From the IMG/VR virus record IMGVR_UViG_3300043449_001609, positions 4,864 to 68,863 of that record: 64,000 bases of DNA. One strand, 5' to 3'. Below are positions 48,244 through 58,219 of this stretch, in pieces (positions within the stretch are counted from its first letter, which is position 1; each line of letters begins with the position of its first letter). The notes below the pieces were generated by a model that saw nothing but the letters and a program-made list of their open reading frames with translations, was not told the DNA's origin and made no database searches. This stretch comes from a virus. Made by a program: the position numbers and the translations under genes.

Positions 48244-50030
48244 TTACATATCCTCCCACCAGCGCACGCTGGTATGCTGTTTGAAAACGCTTCGGACTAT
48301 CCGCAGCCACTTCATCTGACCACATGTACTCGGTCACCTTCTCGCCGCGCACCTGTCGGTGCACATACAGCCGGTGCACCACAGGCGAGACTTTGCAGTC
48401 CATCAGGGACAACCTCATGCCGCGCCACTTGCCGAGTGACGTCAACGGATACACGACCTCGTCGGCATCCGGACCACGCACATCTCCCCAAGACAACCCA
48501 TACACGGTCACGACACTTCCTCCGTCAACCACTGGTTGAACGACTGCACGATGAGTTCCTTGATGTTGTTCCTGTCCTTGCCTGACACCTTGATGTTGAT
48601 GCCAAACACCAGCGACGCACGCACCGTGACCACGTGGTCAGTCCAGCCATCGTAGTATCCGTGCGTGTCCATGTGGTGGAAGTGTGTGCGGAACATCAGC
48701 TTCTCCGGCGTGCTGTCGTCGTCCAGCACCGTGCCCAGATCGAAGCCGCTACCCTTGGGTGCCGAGTCCATATGCGTGAGCAGTGACTCGTTGTGTTTCT
48801 TCACCCACTCGTGCCTGTCATTCTTCCGCGAGTTCTCGATAGCCAGCAGCAGGCTGGCGATCTTGTTTGCTCTTTTCATGTGTCAGTCCTCCTTCTCGCT
48901 GTCGCGAGTATGCGAGAGCAGCACCCGCTCGATGCGGCGCATCTGCGCTCCCGTGATGTTGAGCCAGTGTGTTTCCCGGTCGCCGTTTTTTATCTGCATC
49001 GTGAACGTGTGGTCGATCTTGTAGGTGGTTGGGGAGAGCACCATGAGCTGGTGCTCCATGTACTGCCGGGTGTACCGCGTGGCCTTGATCTTCTCCAGCC
49101 GGCGCTTGGGTGCGATGTTGGGGTCATACTCGCGCAGCAGCTCGCCGTTCTTCATCAGGAACACCGGCTCATTCGCTATGCGACCGTAACCGCGCCGTGA
49201 GTCACGCACGTAGGAGACGAACTCCTTCTCTGCACGCTCCCGGCTGGGGCCGGTGTGCACCGTGCCGATGCTTCCGGCGATGACGAGGTATTCGTTGGGG
49301 TGTCGTTTCATTTTTTGGCTCCTTGGAGCACCAGCTCCCACAGCGCACCGACTTTTGTGCAGCCAAGCGGCGTGAACTCGATATGTCCCTCGGCCGTGCC
49401 GAAGGATAAGTAGCCCCGGATCGTGAAGCCGCGCACCTTGCACGCAGCTGGAACCGACCAGTAGCTGTCGCTGTAGCCTGTGGCGTAGCACGTGCGGCGC
49501 AAGTTGGTGTCCCTGATCGGGCAGTTCTGCACCTTGGCATAAGGTCCGAGACAGTCGAAGGGTCCGCCGGGGCGCCAGCCGATGGCGCCGTTGTCGAAGT
49601 GGAAAGGTTCGCGAGCGACGAAGCGTTGAAGTCCCATGTTTTGCTCCTTTGTATACCGCGGTATACAGGTTGTCAGTGGTTGCTGTTTGGCCCCGTTGTA
49701 CGGGCGGTATACAGGTTGTGGTCGGGTTTTGGCACGGGGAGAGGGAGAGTTGCCCTCAAAGCCGTGCGAGAAGGCACCTGTGGTGGCTCAGGGGAAGCGT
49801 ATGTAGAGCACCGTGTGCTCCCCTACCGGGTACACCGTGCAGCCGCTCTCGTCGCACGTGGCGACGTCACGGGCGCTGGCGAAGCCGGCCCACTGTTTGG
49901 CCCTGCGGATCAGGGCTTTCTCCGTGATCCCGTGCGGTAGTGGCTCGTGCTTGCGGGTGCGGATCACCACGTCGCCGCGACGCGTGGCCAACGTGAAGCT
50001 GGCAGTCTTGTGTTCGATTGCTTTTGGCAT
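48233..50030 (-). other. Five hypothetical early genes (48233 to about 48511, 48508-48879, 48883-49311, 49308-49637, 49788-50030)
   Basis: Coupled ORFs with AGGAG/AGAGGA RBS. Confidence 0.6.
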
Positions 50031-50114
50031 GGTCTGGTCCTCTTGGTTGTGTATACCGCGGTATACAGGTTGGTGGTCGAGTGCGCAGAAGGGGGATTCC
50101 CGACTGGCTCCGCC

Positions 50115-50143
50115 AGTATAGCAGGCTTTCTTATGCAGGTCAA
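50115..50143 (-). promoter_or_regulatory. Sigma70-type early promoter (extended -10)
   Basis: TTGACC-N17-TATACT with TGn. Confidence 0.8.
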
Positions 50144-50144
50144 A

Positions 50145-50845
50145 TTAAAAGGACAGTTTTGGAGGGGCTGACTTGCACAATTTTAAGTGCTTGATTTGCA
50201 AGGGGGAAATGAGAGGAATGCAATATGTGTGTGTAATGTTACGCAATGTGCACTTATTTTTGCTGGAACCGGAACAATATAAGTTATTGATTTATATAGG
50301 TGTTGTGAATATGCATATATATAATGTATCTAATGTTCACTATAAAAAAGGGTATGGGTGGGGGGTAAAATGCTTATAGGGAGATTAAATAAATTAGGAA
50401 CAAAAGGCCGGATAATTATTGCCTCCCACACCCCCTACTATACCCTTTTTTTCGGTGTACATTGCGTACAATATATGTATGGCACTGCATAATTCCTTTC
50501 GAATCAGCTTTCTGCCGGTGCAGCAAAAACCGCAAATTGACATGTATTTGCAGAACAATATAGGAACATTGTACAAAAAACGTCCAAAACGAGGTATTAA
50601 ATTGCCAAAAATCACGTGGTGCGCGTGAGATTCTGTGTTTCTGTATTAACATACAGTGGTTTTCGATTTAATTGAATTTATTTTTGTGTGGTCATTAAAT
50701 GCTTTTCGGATTTATTTTGGCCGTATCATTGTGCATCTCACCAATTAATTGCCGCGAATAATATAACCGTTGTTATATTAACTGGGTCGCCGGCTTGGAA
50801 ACTGGCATCATTAATTCGGCGTTGCGACCGAATTAATTCCCCGTG
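50145..50845. other. AT-rich non-coding region, candidate origin or genome end/packaging region
   Basis: Sharp GC drop, no credible ORF, two IHF-consensus matches (50184-50196, 50280-50292). Confidence 0.55.
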
Positions 50846-50878
50846 CGTGCGTATACCGCGGTATACAAATTCGGGGCG

Positions 50879-50906
50879 AAAAAAAGCCCGGCACATGGCC
50901 GGGCTT
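50879..50906 (-). terminator. Intrinsic terminator after first early gene
   Basis: AAGCCCGGC-CATGT-GCCGGGCTT-TTTTT on - strand. Confidence 0.85.
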
Positions 50907-50926
50907 GGTGGGTGGAACGGTTCGGG

Positions 50927-51565
50927 TTACTTGCGCGGCCCCGCCTTGCCACGCTTCGGCGCCGCTGGGATGCACGCCAGCGCCTTATCAATGTGAGCGA
51001 TAAAAGCGGCCATGTCGAAGCCGGGCAATTCCACGCCATCACATTCGCGCAGTGTGTCGCGCAGCGCCGTCGTCGTGCCGACCCACGCGCGGAGCTTAGT
51101 GACCGGATCGGCGCCCGCGTCGCCCGCGTCATCGTCGTCGCCGCCCTGCACGCGTGGCGCTTTCGGCTTCACTTCATTCCATGCAATGTCGAGCCGGTTC
51201 GCGGTGTCATATGCGTACTTGTTTGCGCTGATGGCTTGCGCGCGCTTCTTGTCTTGCTCCGCCTTAGCCAGTTTATCGGATGGCGTCGCGCGCAATACTT
51301 CCGCCTCTTTCCCCCAGCCCGCATATATGGCGTTTAGTACCGCGTCACGGTACGCGCCACCGGGGCGGACGTCCGCGCCGTGTACGCCTTCTTTTTTCAG
51401 TGCCACCGCGATCGCCGCATATTTGCCGGCGGCGGATTCGATCGCATGCATCGCTTCAACAATTACGCTGATCGTTGCCGCGCCCAACCCTCTCGGGACC
51501 GGAGTCGTTTTCGTTGCCTTCTTGCCTGCTACCTTCTTGCCTGCTACTTGCTTAGTCATGGTCAT
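50927..51565 (-). CDS. Hypothetical immediate-early protein, monocistronic
   Basis: GAGGA RBS, own promoter and terminator; Lys/Ala-rich ends. Confidence 0.7.
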   Translation of the reverse strand: MTMTKQVAGKKVAGKKATKTTPVPRGLGAATISVIVEAMHAIESAAGKYAAIAVALKKEGVHGADVRPGGAYRDAVLNAIYAGWGKEAEVLRATPSDKLAKAEQDKKRAQAISANKYAYDTANRLDIAWNEVKPKAPRVQGGDDDDAGDAGADPVTKLRAWVGTTTALRDTLRECDGVELPGFDMAAFIAHIDKALACIPAAPKRGKAGPRK

Positions 51566-51607
51566 ATCCTCATCAGGTTGCCTGTATCGACTTGATACAG
51601 TGCGAGC

Positions 51608-51636
51608 ATTATCTCATATCTAGTTATGCAATGCAA
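51608..51636 (-). promoter_or_regulatory. Sigma70-type promoter
   Basis: TTGCAT-N17-GATAAT. Confidence 0.6.
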
Positions 51637-52027
51637 ATACTAAAGGTTGCGATTGTATACCGTGGTATACAGCACGCGGCGCGTATCTATCCGCACGACA
51701 ATCATTGCACTGACAACTAATCGGCGCCGCGCCGCGCGCGTGGCAGCAGAGTGGAGCGCGGTGGGCTGGGTGGCTCGACCCCACCGGGAGGGCAGGGGGC
51801 GCTGGGAAACGAAGGGCAGTGTCTTGTTGGTACTACCAATCATTTCCCTCACACTACAAATTTTTACAATACCCACACAATTTACATGGCTATCCCCGCG
51901 TCGCTCGCGCTACCGCACGCCGCGACCCCCACCCCCCTCCACGGAACCATACCCCCCAAATTACCTCCCCTATTCCTCCTCCGCGTGCTATATTCCAGAA
52001 ATCGGCCACAAGTCCGCGGGTAACTTG

Positions 52028-52549
52028 GTGAAGAAAAAAGCTGAAATTCCGGCCGCATGGCCGACGATAGACAAGGAAAAGCGCAAGTCGGTAGCTCTCC
52101 AGCCACCGTCACCTGCCGGCGCCGCGTTCGCGGAGCGCATCCTTGAAGATTTCGGCATCAGCACCAAGGCTACCCCGTCCCAGATTCGCAACGTCGTCAT
52201 CAACAAGCTGCTCGTGGAGGCGGATAACCCCCAAGCCACCGTGCGCGTGCGTGCGTTGGAGCTGTTGGGCAAGATTCGCGAGGTTGGCCTGTTCTCCGAG
52301 CGTACCGAGACGGTTGTCACCCACCAGACGTCAGAGGAATTGCGCGCCAAGCTGCTCGACAGGCTGCAGAAGCTGCGTTCTCTCTCGCCTCAAGGTGCCA
52401 ATCACGAGCCCGTGCTTATAGAAGAAGGGAAAGTGGTGCCGCAACGGAGTCCAAAAGCGGTTCTTCACCCTGTTTTGGACATTTTGGACCTCATGGAAGG
52501 TGAAATCGTGCTCGCGCAGCCTGATCTGCCGTGGGTAGCGCACCCATGA
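52028..52549 (+). CDS. Probable terminase small subunit
   Basis: RVRALELLGKI...GLFSERTE; ATGA overlap with large subunit; start uncertain. Confidence 0.55.
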   Translation: MKKKAEIPAAWPTIDKEKRKSVALQPPSPAGAAFAERILEDFGISTKATPSQIRNVVINKLLVEADNPQATVRVRALELLGKIREVGLFSERTETVVTHQTSEELRAKLLDRLQKLRSLSPQGANHEPVLIEEGKVVPQRSPKAVLHPVLDILDLMEGEIVLAQPDLPWVAHP

Positions 52550-54081
52550 TGGTGCCGTTGGAGCTCACCGACGAGGATATTGCGCTGCTGCTGGCCAATG
52601 TCGACCAGTTGAGCCCCGAGGAGCGCCACGAACTCGACGAAATCACGGAAACCTTGGAGCGCCGCAAGCGCGCGGCGTTGTGCCGGGACGATCTGCTGGA
52701 GTTCTGCAAGACAATGCAGCCGGATTACAAGGTCGGTGCCCATCACCGAGCCCTTGCCAAGCTCCTCATGCAGATCGAGAAGGGCGAAAAGGACCGGATT
52801 TCCGTCTCGATTGCCCCCAGACACGGCAAATCGCAGCTCACATCCATCTATTTCGCGGCGTGGTTCATCGGCAGAAACCCGGCGAAAAAGATCATCATGG
52901 TGTCCCACACGACCGATTTGGCCGTGGATTTCGGTCGAAAAGTGCGAAATATCATCGACACACCTGCCTACAAGGAGGTGTTCACGGACGTCACGCTGGC
53001 GCCGGACTCCAAGAGCGCCGGGCGCTGGAACACCAACCATCTGGGGGAGTTCTTCGCGTGCGGTATCGGGTCGAGCTTGGCCGGTCGCGGTGCGGACCTG
53101 CTGCTGATTGACGACCCCCACTCCGAGCAGGACGTGCTGGCGGGCAACTACAGCGTGTTCGACAAGGCGTATGAGTGGTTCACCTTCGGTGCGCGCACAC
53201 GACTGATGCCGCAAGGCCGCGTCGCTATCGTGGCCACGCGCTGGCACCAAGATGACCTCATCGGGCGCATGATCCGTGACATGACCAACAACCCCGTGTC
53301 CGACCAGTACGAGGTGGTCGAGTTTCCAGCGATTCTCCACGAGGGCACCGGCGACGAGAAGGCACTGTGGCCGGAGTTCTTCGACCTGCCGGCGCTCAAG
53401 CGGACCAAGGCGTCCATGCCGCTGTACCAGTGGGAGGCGCAGTACCAGCAGCGGCCCACGGGCAAGGAGGCTGCCATCGTGCAGAAAGAGTGGTGGCGGC
53501 GCTGGCGCAAGAGCAAGCCGCCCGTCAGCGACTACATCATCATGTGCCTCGACGCGGCCTCCGAGACGCACAACCGTGCCGACTTCACTGCCATCACCAC
53601 GTGGGGAGTGTTCTTCAACGAGGAGGAGTCGCTGCACAACGTGATCCTGCTGAACGCCATACAGGAGCGCATGCAGTTCCCCGAGCTCAAGAAGAAGGCG
53701 CTGGAGGAGTACCGGGAGTGGGAGCCCGATGCGTTCATCGTGGAGAAAAAGTCCGCCGGGACGCCGCTGTATCAGGAGCTGCGCCGGCTCGACATTCCGG
53801 TGCAGGAGTACACGCCCCACCGCGGCAGCGGCGACAAGATCGCGCGGTTGAACTCCGTGGCCGACATCATCAAGTCGGGCCTCGTGTGGGTGCCGGACCT
53901 GCGCTGGGCCGACACGCTGGTGGAGGAGACTGCGGCATTCCCCAACGGGTCGCATGACGACCTCGTGGACACCATGATAATGGCGCTGATGCGCTTCCGC
54001 AGCGGAGGGTTCCTCGTGCTGCCGACCGATGCCAAGGACGAGCCGTTGTATACTCGACGGCGCCGAGCTGCTTACTATTGA
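52546..54081 (+). CDS. terL: Terminase large subunit
   Basis: Walker A APRHGKS, Walker B LLIDD, ATRWH, nuclease CLDAA, HDDLVD. Confidence 0.93.
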   Translation: MMVPLELTDEDIALLLANVDQLSPEERHELDEITETLERRKRAALCRDDLLEFCKTMQPDYKVGAHHRALAKLLMQIEKGEKDRISVSIAPRHGKSQLTSIYFAAWFIGRNPAKKIIMVSHTTDLAVDFGRKVRNIIDTPAYKEVFTDVTLAPDSKSAGRWNTNHLGEFFACGIGSSLAGRGADLLLIDDPHSEQDVLAGNYSVFDKAYEWFTFGARTRLMPQGRVAIVATRWHQDDLIGRMIRDMTNNPVSDQYEVVEFPAILHEGTGDEKALWPEFFDLPALKRTKASMPLYQWEAQYQQRPTGKEAAIVQKEWWRRWRKSKPPVSDYIIMCLDAASETHNRADFTAITTWGVFFNEEESLHNVILLNAIQERMQFPELKKKALEEYREWEPDAFIVEKKSAGTPLYQELRRLDIPVQEYTPHRGSGDKIARLNSVADIIKSGLVWVPDLRWADTLVEETAAFPNGSHDDLVDTMIMALMRFRSGGFLVLPTDAKDEPLYTRRRRAAYY

Positions 54082-54090
54082 GGAAACGAC

Positions 54091-56619
54091 ATGGCAACCA
54101 ACATTGACAAGACGCTGTACCCCGCCTCTGGCGAGTTCATGGGGGGCACCGAGCCCGACGACACCGTGCTGGAGATTGAGGTCACCGACGAAGACCTCGC
54201 GGAAGCGGAGGAAACCGGCGTGAGCGAGGAGATGGACTTCGGTCTGAACCTCGCGGAAACGATGGACGACGACACACTGCAGTCGCTCGCCAGTACGTTG
54301 GCCTCGGACATCGAGAACGACAGGAACAGTCGCAAGGACTGGGAACAGACCTACATCGACGGCCTGAAGCTGATGGGACTCAAGCCCGAGGAGCGCTCGG
54401 AGCCGTGGATCGGCGCGTGCGGCGTCGTGCACCCCATGATTACCGAAGCGGTCATGCGCTTCCAAGCCGAGACTATCATGGAGACGTTCCCCGCGCAGGG
54501 GCCGGTGACCACCAAGATCATCGGGGAGGAGACGCCGGAGAACCGGGCCGCGGCGACACGCGTCAAGGAGGACATGAACAACGAGCTGACCGAGCGCATG
54601 GTCGAGTATCGCCCCGAGCACGAGAAGATGCTCTGGAACCTGCCGGCAACGGGCTCTGCGTTCAAGAAGGTCTACTTCGACCCCAGCCTTGGGCGGCAAG
54701 TGTCACTGTTCGTACCAGCGGATGATGTGTTGATACCGTACGGCACGTCGGACATGAGCACGTGTTACCGCGTTACCCACGTGATGCGCAAGACCAAGAA
54801 CGAGCTGCGCAAGCTCCAAGCCGCTGGGTTTTACGTTGACGTCGAGCTGCCGGAGCCTGAGAAAACCAAGGACGACATCCAGCAGGCCAAGGACAAGGAG
54901 ACGGGGTTCTCCGACATCAACGACGACCGCTACGTGATCTTCGAAGCACACGTGGACCTCGACCTCAAGGGGCACGAGGACATGGCGCTCGACCCGGAGA
55001 CGGGGGAGATGGCGCCCAGCAAGATCGCGCTGCCCTACGTGGTGACCATGATCCGCGGGACCAACACCATCCTCGGCATCCGCCGCAACTGGGTCGAGAG
55101 CGAACCGCTCAAACTCAAGCGTCAGCACTTCGTGCACTACCAGTACGTGCCGGGCTTCGGGGCCTATGGGTTCGGCCTGTTCCACCTGATCGGCGGCTAC
55201 GCCAAGAGCGCCACAGCCATCACCCGGCAGCTCGTGGATGCCGGCACGCTGGCGAACTTGCCCGGTGGTCTGAAGACGCGCGGGCTGCGTATCAAGGGCG
55301 ACGACACACCCATCTCCCCCGGGGAGTTCCGCGACGTGGACGTCTCATCGGGGACCATCCGCGACAACATCCTGCCGCTCCCGTACAAGGAGCCCAGCAA
55401 CACCCTGTACCAGCTGCTCGGCAACATCGTGGAGGAGGGCCGGCGCTTCGCCGCTACCTCGGACGTGAAGGTGACCGACATGAGCTCGCAGGCGCCGGTG
55501 GGGACCACGCTGGCCCTGCTGGAGCGACAGTTGAAGCCGCTCACTGCGGTGCAGGCGCGCGTGCACTACGCCATGAAGCAGGAGCTGAAGCTCCTCAAGG
55601 ACATCATCCGCGACCACACGCCGGCGGAGTACGACTACATCCCTGACGGCGGCAAGCCGCGTGCCAAGCGCAGCGACTACGAGCGAGTCGACGTCATCCC
55701 GGTGTCGGACCCCAACGCCGCCACTATGTCGCAGCGGATCGTGCAGTACCAAGCCGTGATTCAGATGGCGCAGATGGCACCCGACATCTACGACCTGCCG
55801 GTGCTGCACCGGGGGATGCTGGACGTACTGGGTATCAAGCACGCGGACAAGCTGGTGCCGCTGCCGACCGATATGAAGCCGCAAGACCCCGTGACCGAGA
55901 ACATGCGCTTGCTGAAGACCGAGCCGGTCAAGGCGTTCGTGTATCAGGATCACGAGTCGCACATCAAGGTGCACATGGCGCTCATGCAAGACCCGATGAT
56001 CCAGCAGATGGTGGGCCAGAGCCCGCAGGCGGCGCAGATCGGTGGGGCCATCATGGCGCACGTGATCGAGCACGTCGGCTTCTCGTATCGCCAGAAAGTC
56101 GAGGCGCAGCTGGGCCTGTCGCTGCCGCCGGTGGAGACAGAGCTGCCGCCCGAAGCGGAGGTCGCCGTGTCCGCCATGATGGCGCAGGCCGCCGGACAGG
56201 TGCTCCAACAGTCGCAGACTGCCGCCGCTGCACAACAAGCGCAGCAGGCCGCGCAAGACCCGGTGTTGCAGATTCAGCAAGGCGAGCTGGAGGTCAAGAA
56301 GGGCGAGCTGCAGATCAAGGACAAGGAGGCCGATGCCAAGATCAGGAAGATACTGGCCGACATCATGCTGGAGCGCGAGAAGCTGGAGATTGAGCGGGAG
56401 AAACTTGAGTCCGACTCGCTCCACAAGGGCTTCGCTGCTGGGGCACAGGCGCACGCGGCGCGTGAGCAGGTGCGGTTGGCGGAGGAGAAGCAGCATACCG
56501 ATGCACATGCTGCTGGGTTGAAGATTGGTGCCGACATCGGCAAGACGAAACACACAACGGCCGCCGCGCAGGAGAAAGCCAAATCCCGCCCGAAAGCCGC
56601 GAAAAAACCGAAGGAGTAA
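54091..56619 (+). CDS. Portal protein
   Basis: 842 aa right after terL; GSAFKKVYFD, GFGAYGFGL, long helical C-terminal barrel. Confidence 0.85.
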   Translation: MATNIDKTLYPASGEFMGGTEPDDTVLEIEVTDEDLAEAEETGVSEEMDFGLNLAETMDDDTLQSLASTLASDIENDRNSRKDWEQTYIDGLKLMGLKPEERSEPWIGACGVVHPMITEAVMRFQAETIMETFPAQGPVTTKIIGEETPENRAAATRVKEDMNNELTERMVEYRPEHEKMLWNLPATGSAFKKVYFDPSLGRQVSLFVPADDVLIPYGTSDMSTCYRVTHVMRKTKNELRKLQAAGFYVDVELPEPEKTKDDIQQAKDKETGFSDINDDRYVIFEAHVDLDLKGHEDMALDPETGEMAPSKIALPYVVTMIRGTNTILGIRRNWVESEPLKLKRQHFVHYQYVPGFGAYGFGLFHLIGGYAKSATAITRQLVDAGTLANLPGGLKTRGLRIKGDDTPISPGEFRDVDVSSGTIRDNILPLPYKEPSNTLYQLLGNIVEEGRRFAATSDVKVTDMSSQAPVGTTLALLERQLKPLTAVQARVHYAMKQELKLLKDIIRDHTPAEYDYIPDGGKPRAKRSDYERVDVIPVSDPNAATMSQRIVQYQAVIQMAQMAPDIYDLPVLHRGMLDVLGIKHADKLVPLPTDMKPQDPVTENMRLLKTEPVKAFVYQDHESHIKVHMALMQDPMIQQMVGQSPQAAQIGGAIMAHVIEHVGFSYRQKVEAQLGLSLPPVETELPPEAEVAVSAMMAQAAGQVLQQSQTAAAAQQAQQAAQDPVLQIQQGELEVKKGELQIKDKEADAKIRKILADIMLEREKLEIEREKLESDSLHKGFAAGAQAHAAREQVRLAEEKQHTDAHAAGLKIGADIGKTKHTTAAAQEKAKSRPKAAKKPKE

Positions 56620-56622
56620 CTG

Positions 56623-56820
56623 ATGAGTCCCAGAGATTTCGCGCAGGTGTTGGTCCTAGCGATGCGTGAAGACATGGATTCCATGGCCGACTCCATTGCC
56701 CGCGGGCAGTGCACGTCGTACGAGGAGTACAAGCGTTGTGTAGGCGTGTTGCAGGGGTACAAGCTGTCCCTCCAGCACATTGAGACGGTGATGCAGAAAC
56801 TGGAGAAAGACGATGAGTGA
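56623..56820 (+). CDS. Small hypothetical protein
   Basis: AAGGAG RBS; YEEYKRCVGVLQG. Confidence 0.7.
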   Translation: MSPRDFAQVLVLAMREDMDSMADSIARGQCTSYEEYKRCVGVLQGYKLSLQHIETVMQKLEKDDE

Positions 56821-57253
56821 GTCCGCATTTGTTCTTCCTGAAAACGTGACGCTTCCGGAGGCATTGCAGCCGGTAGATGAGGTGGAGGAGGGGTTGAGTG
56901 ATGAGCAGCGCGCGCGGCGCGTGCCGAAGCCTACCGGGTACCGTTTGCTCTGCGTGGTGCCGGACGTCAAGGATACCTTCGAAGGCACGAGTCTCATCAA
57001 AGCGTCGTCTATCATGAAAGGCGAGGAGCACGGCACGACCGTGTTGTTTGTGCTCGACGTGGGGCCGGACGCGTACAAGGACGAGGCCAAGTTCCCCTCC
57101 GGGCCATGGTGCAAGGCCGGGGATTTTGTGTTGGTGCGCACGTACACCGGCACGCGCTTCAAAATATACGGGAAGGAGTTCAGGCTCCTGAACGATGACC
57201 AGATCGACGCTGTTGTCGACGACCCGCGCGGGATTTCCCGCGTCGCTGTGTAA
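56813..57253 (+). CDS. GroES-like co-chaperonin
   Basis: KPTGYRLL...VLDVGP...KAGDFVL...YTGTRF...GKEFRLLNDDQIDAVV follows the Cpn10 pattern. Confidence 0.8.
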   Translation: MSESAFVLPENVTLPEALQPVDEVEEGLSDEQRARRVPKPTGYRLLCVVPDVKDTFEGTSLIKASSIMKGEEHGTTVLFVLDVGPDAYKDEAKFPSGPWCKAGDFVLVRTYTGTRFKIYGKEFRLLNDDQIDAVVDDPRGISRVAV

Positions 57254-57280
57254 CCGCCCGCAGGGCGCAAGGAGACTGCC

Positions 57281-58219
57281 ATGAATGACAAGTTTAAGTT
57301 CCCCGACGAGATTGACGAGAAAGATGGGATCGAGGTGCAAGCCGAAGACGACATCGAGATTGTGGATGATACGCCGCCGGTAGACCGTGGTCGTAAGCCG
57401 CTCGACCGAGACGTCAATGACCCGACCGATGACGAGCTTGCTGCGTACTCGGAAGGCGTCAAGAAGCGTATGAACGAGCTGACGCACGCGCGCCACGACG
57501 AGCGCCGGGCCAAGGAAGCACTGCTGCGTGAGAAGCAGGAGCTGGAGCGCGTTGCGCAGGTGGTGCTGGAGGAGAATCGTCGGCTGAAGCAGGCGGTCAA
57601 CACCGGCACCGAGCAGTACGTCGAGACGGCCAAGACCGCAGCAGAGGCGTCACTGGACGTCGCCAAGCGTCGGTTCAAGGAGGCGTTCGAAACGGGGGAT
57701 GCGGACCAGATCATGGATGCGCAGGCAGCCCTGACGACGGCCCAGATGCGTGCTGAGACAGCAAAAAATTTCCGTCACACCCCTTTACAGGTCGACGAAG
57801 ATGTTGTACAACAACGCCAACCAGTCGCACAAGCCCCTGAACTGGACGAGAAAACACTGAGCTGGCAGGCACGTAACCAGTGGTTCGGGGACAAGCGACA
57901 CAAGGCCATGACCAGCTTCGCCCTCGGGGTGCATCAAGAGCTGGTCGACGACGGGGTTGACACCCGCTCCGATGCGTACTACGAGAAACTTGATTCTCGT
58001 GTGCGGTCTACCTTCCGCGACTTTTTCGCGGACACCGACAAGTCCGGCGCTTCGCAAAGACGAAATCCGCCGCCTACCGTTGTCGCCCCAGCCGCGCGCT
58101 CCACAGGCACACGGAAAGTCCAGCTGACGCAAACGCAGGTTCAACTTGCCGCTCGTCTCGGACTTACACCCAAGCAGTACGCTGCAGAACTCGTGAAACT
58201 GGAGAAGCAAAATGGCTGA
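57281..58219 (+). CDS. Probable scaffolding protein
   Basis: Acidic N-terminus, coiled coil, upstream of capsid genes. Confidence 0.65.
   Translation: MNDKFKFPDEIDEKDGIEVQAEDDIEIVDDTPPVDRGRKPLDRDVNDPTDDELAAYSEGVKKRMNELTHARHDERRAKEALLREKQELERVAQVVLEENRRLKQAVNTGTEQYVETAKTAAEASLDVAKRRFKEAFETGDADQIMDAQAALTTAQMRAETAKNFRHTPLQVDEDVVQQRQPVAQAPELDEKTLSWQARNQWFGDKRHKAMTSFALGVHQELVDDGVDTRSDAYYEKLDSRVRSTFRDFFADTDKSGASQRRNPPPTVVAPAARSTGTRKVQLTQTQVQLAARLGLTPKQYAAELVKLEKQNG

Larger units (their letters stand above)
39001..51671. repeat. Ten dispersed 18-bp palindromes TGTATACC(GC/GT/AC)GGTATACA
   Basis: Copies start at 39001, 41173, 42858, 44028, 46042, 46969, 49650, 50050, 50850 (first base C), 51654; degenerate copy 49697-49713. 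Confidence 0.95.

Noticed and set aside
50173-50996. ORFs in the AT-rich region
   Set aside because: Short, overlapping on both strands, atypical composition, no RBS.
39001-51671. Palindromes as a CRISPR array
   Set aside because: Copies are hundreds to thousands of bp apart with genes between them; no regular spacers and no cas genes.
51647-52027. N-terminal extension of the small terminase ORF
   Set aside because: Runs through a palindrome and low-complexity C-rich intergenic DNA; a later start is more plausible.
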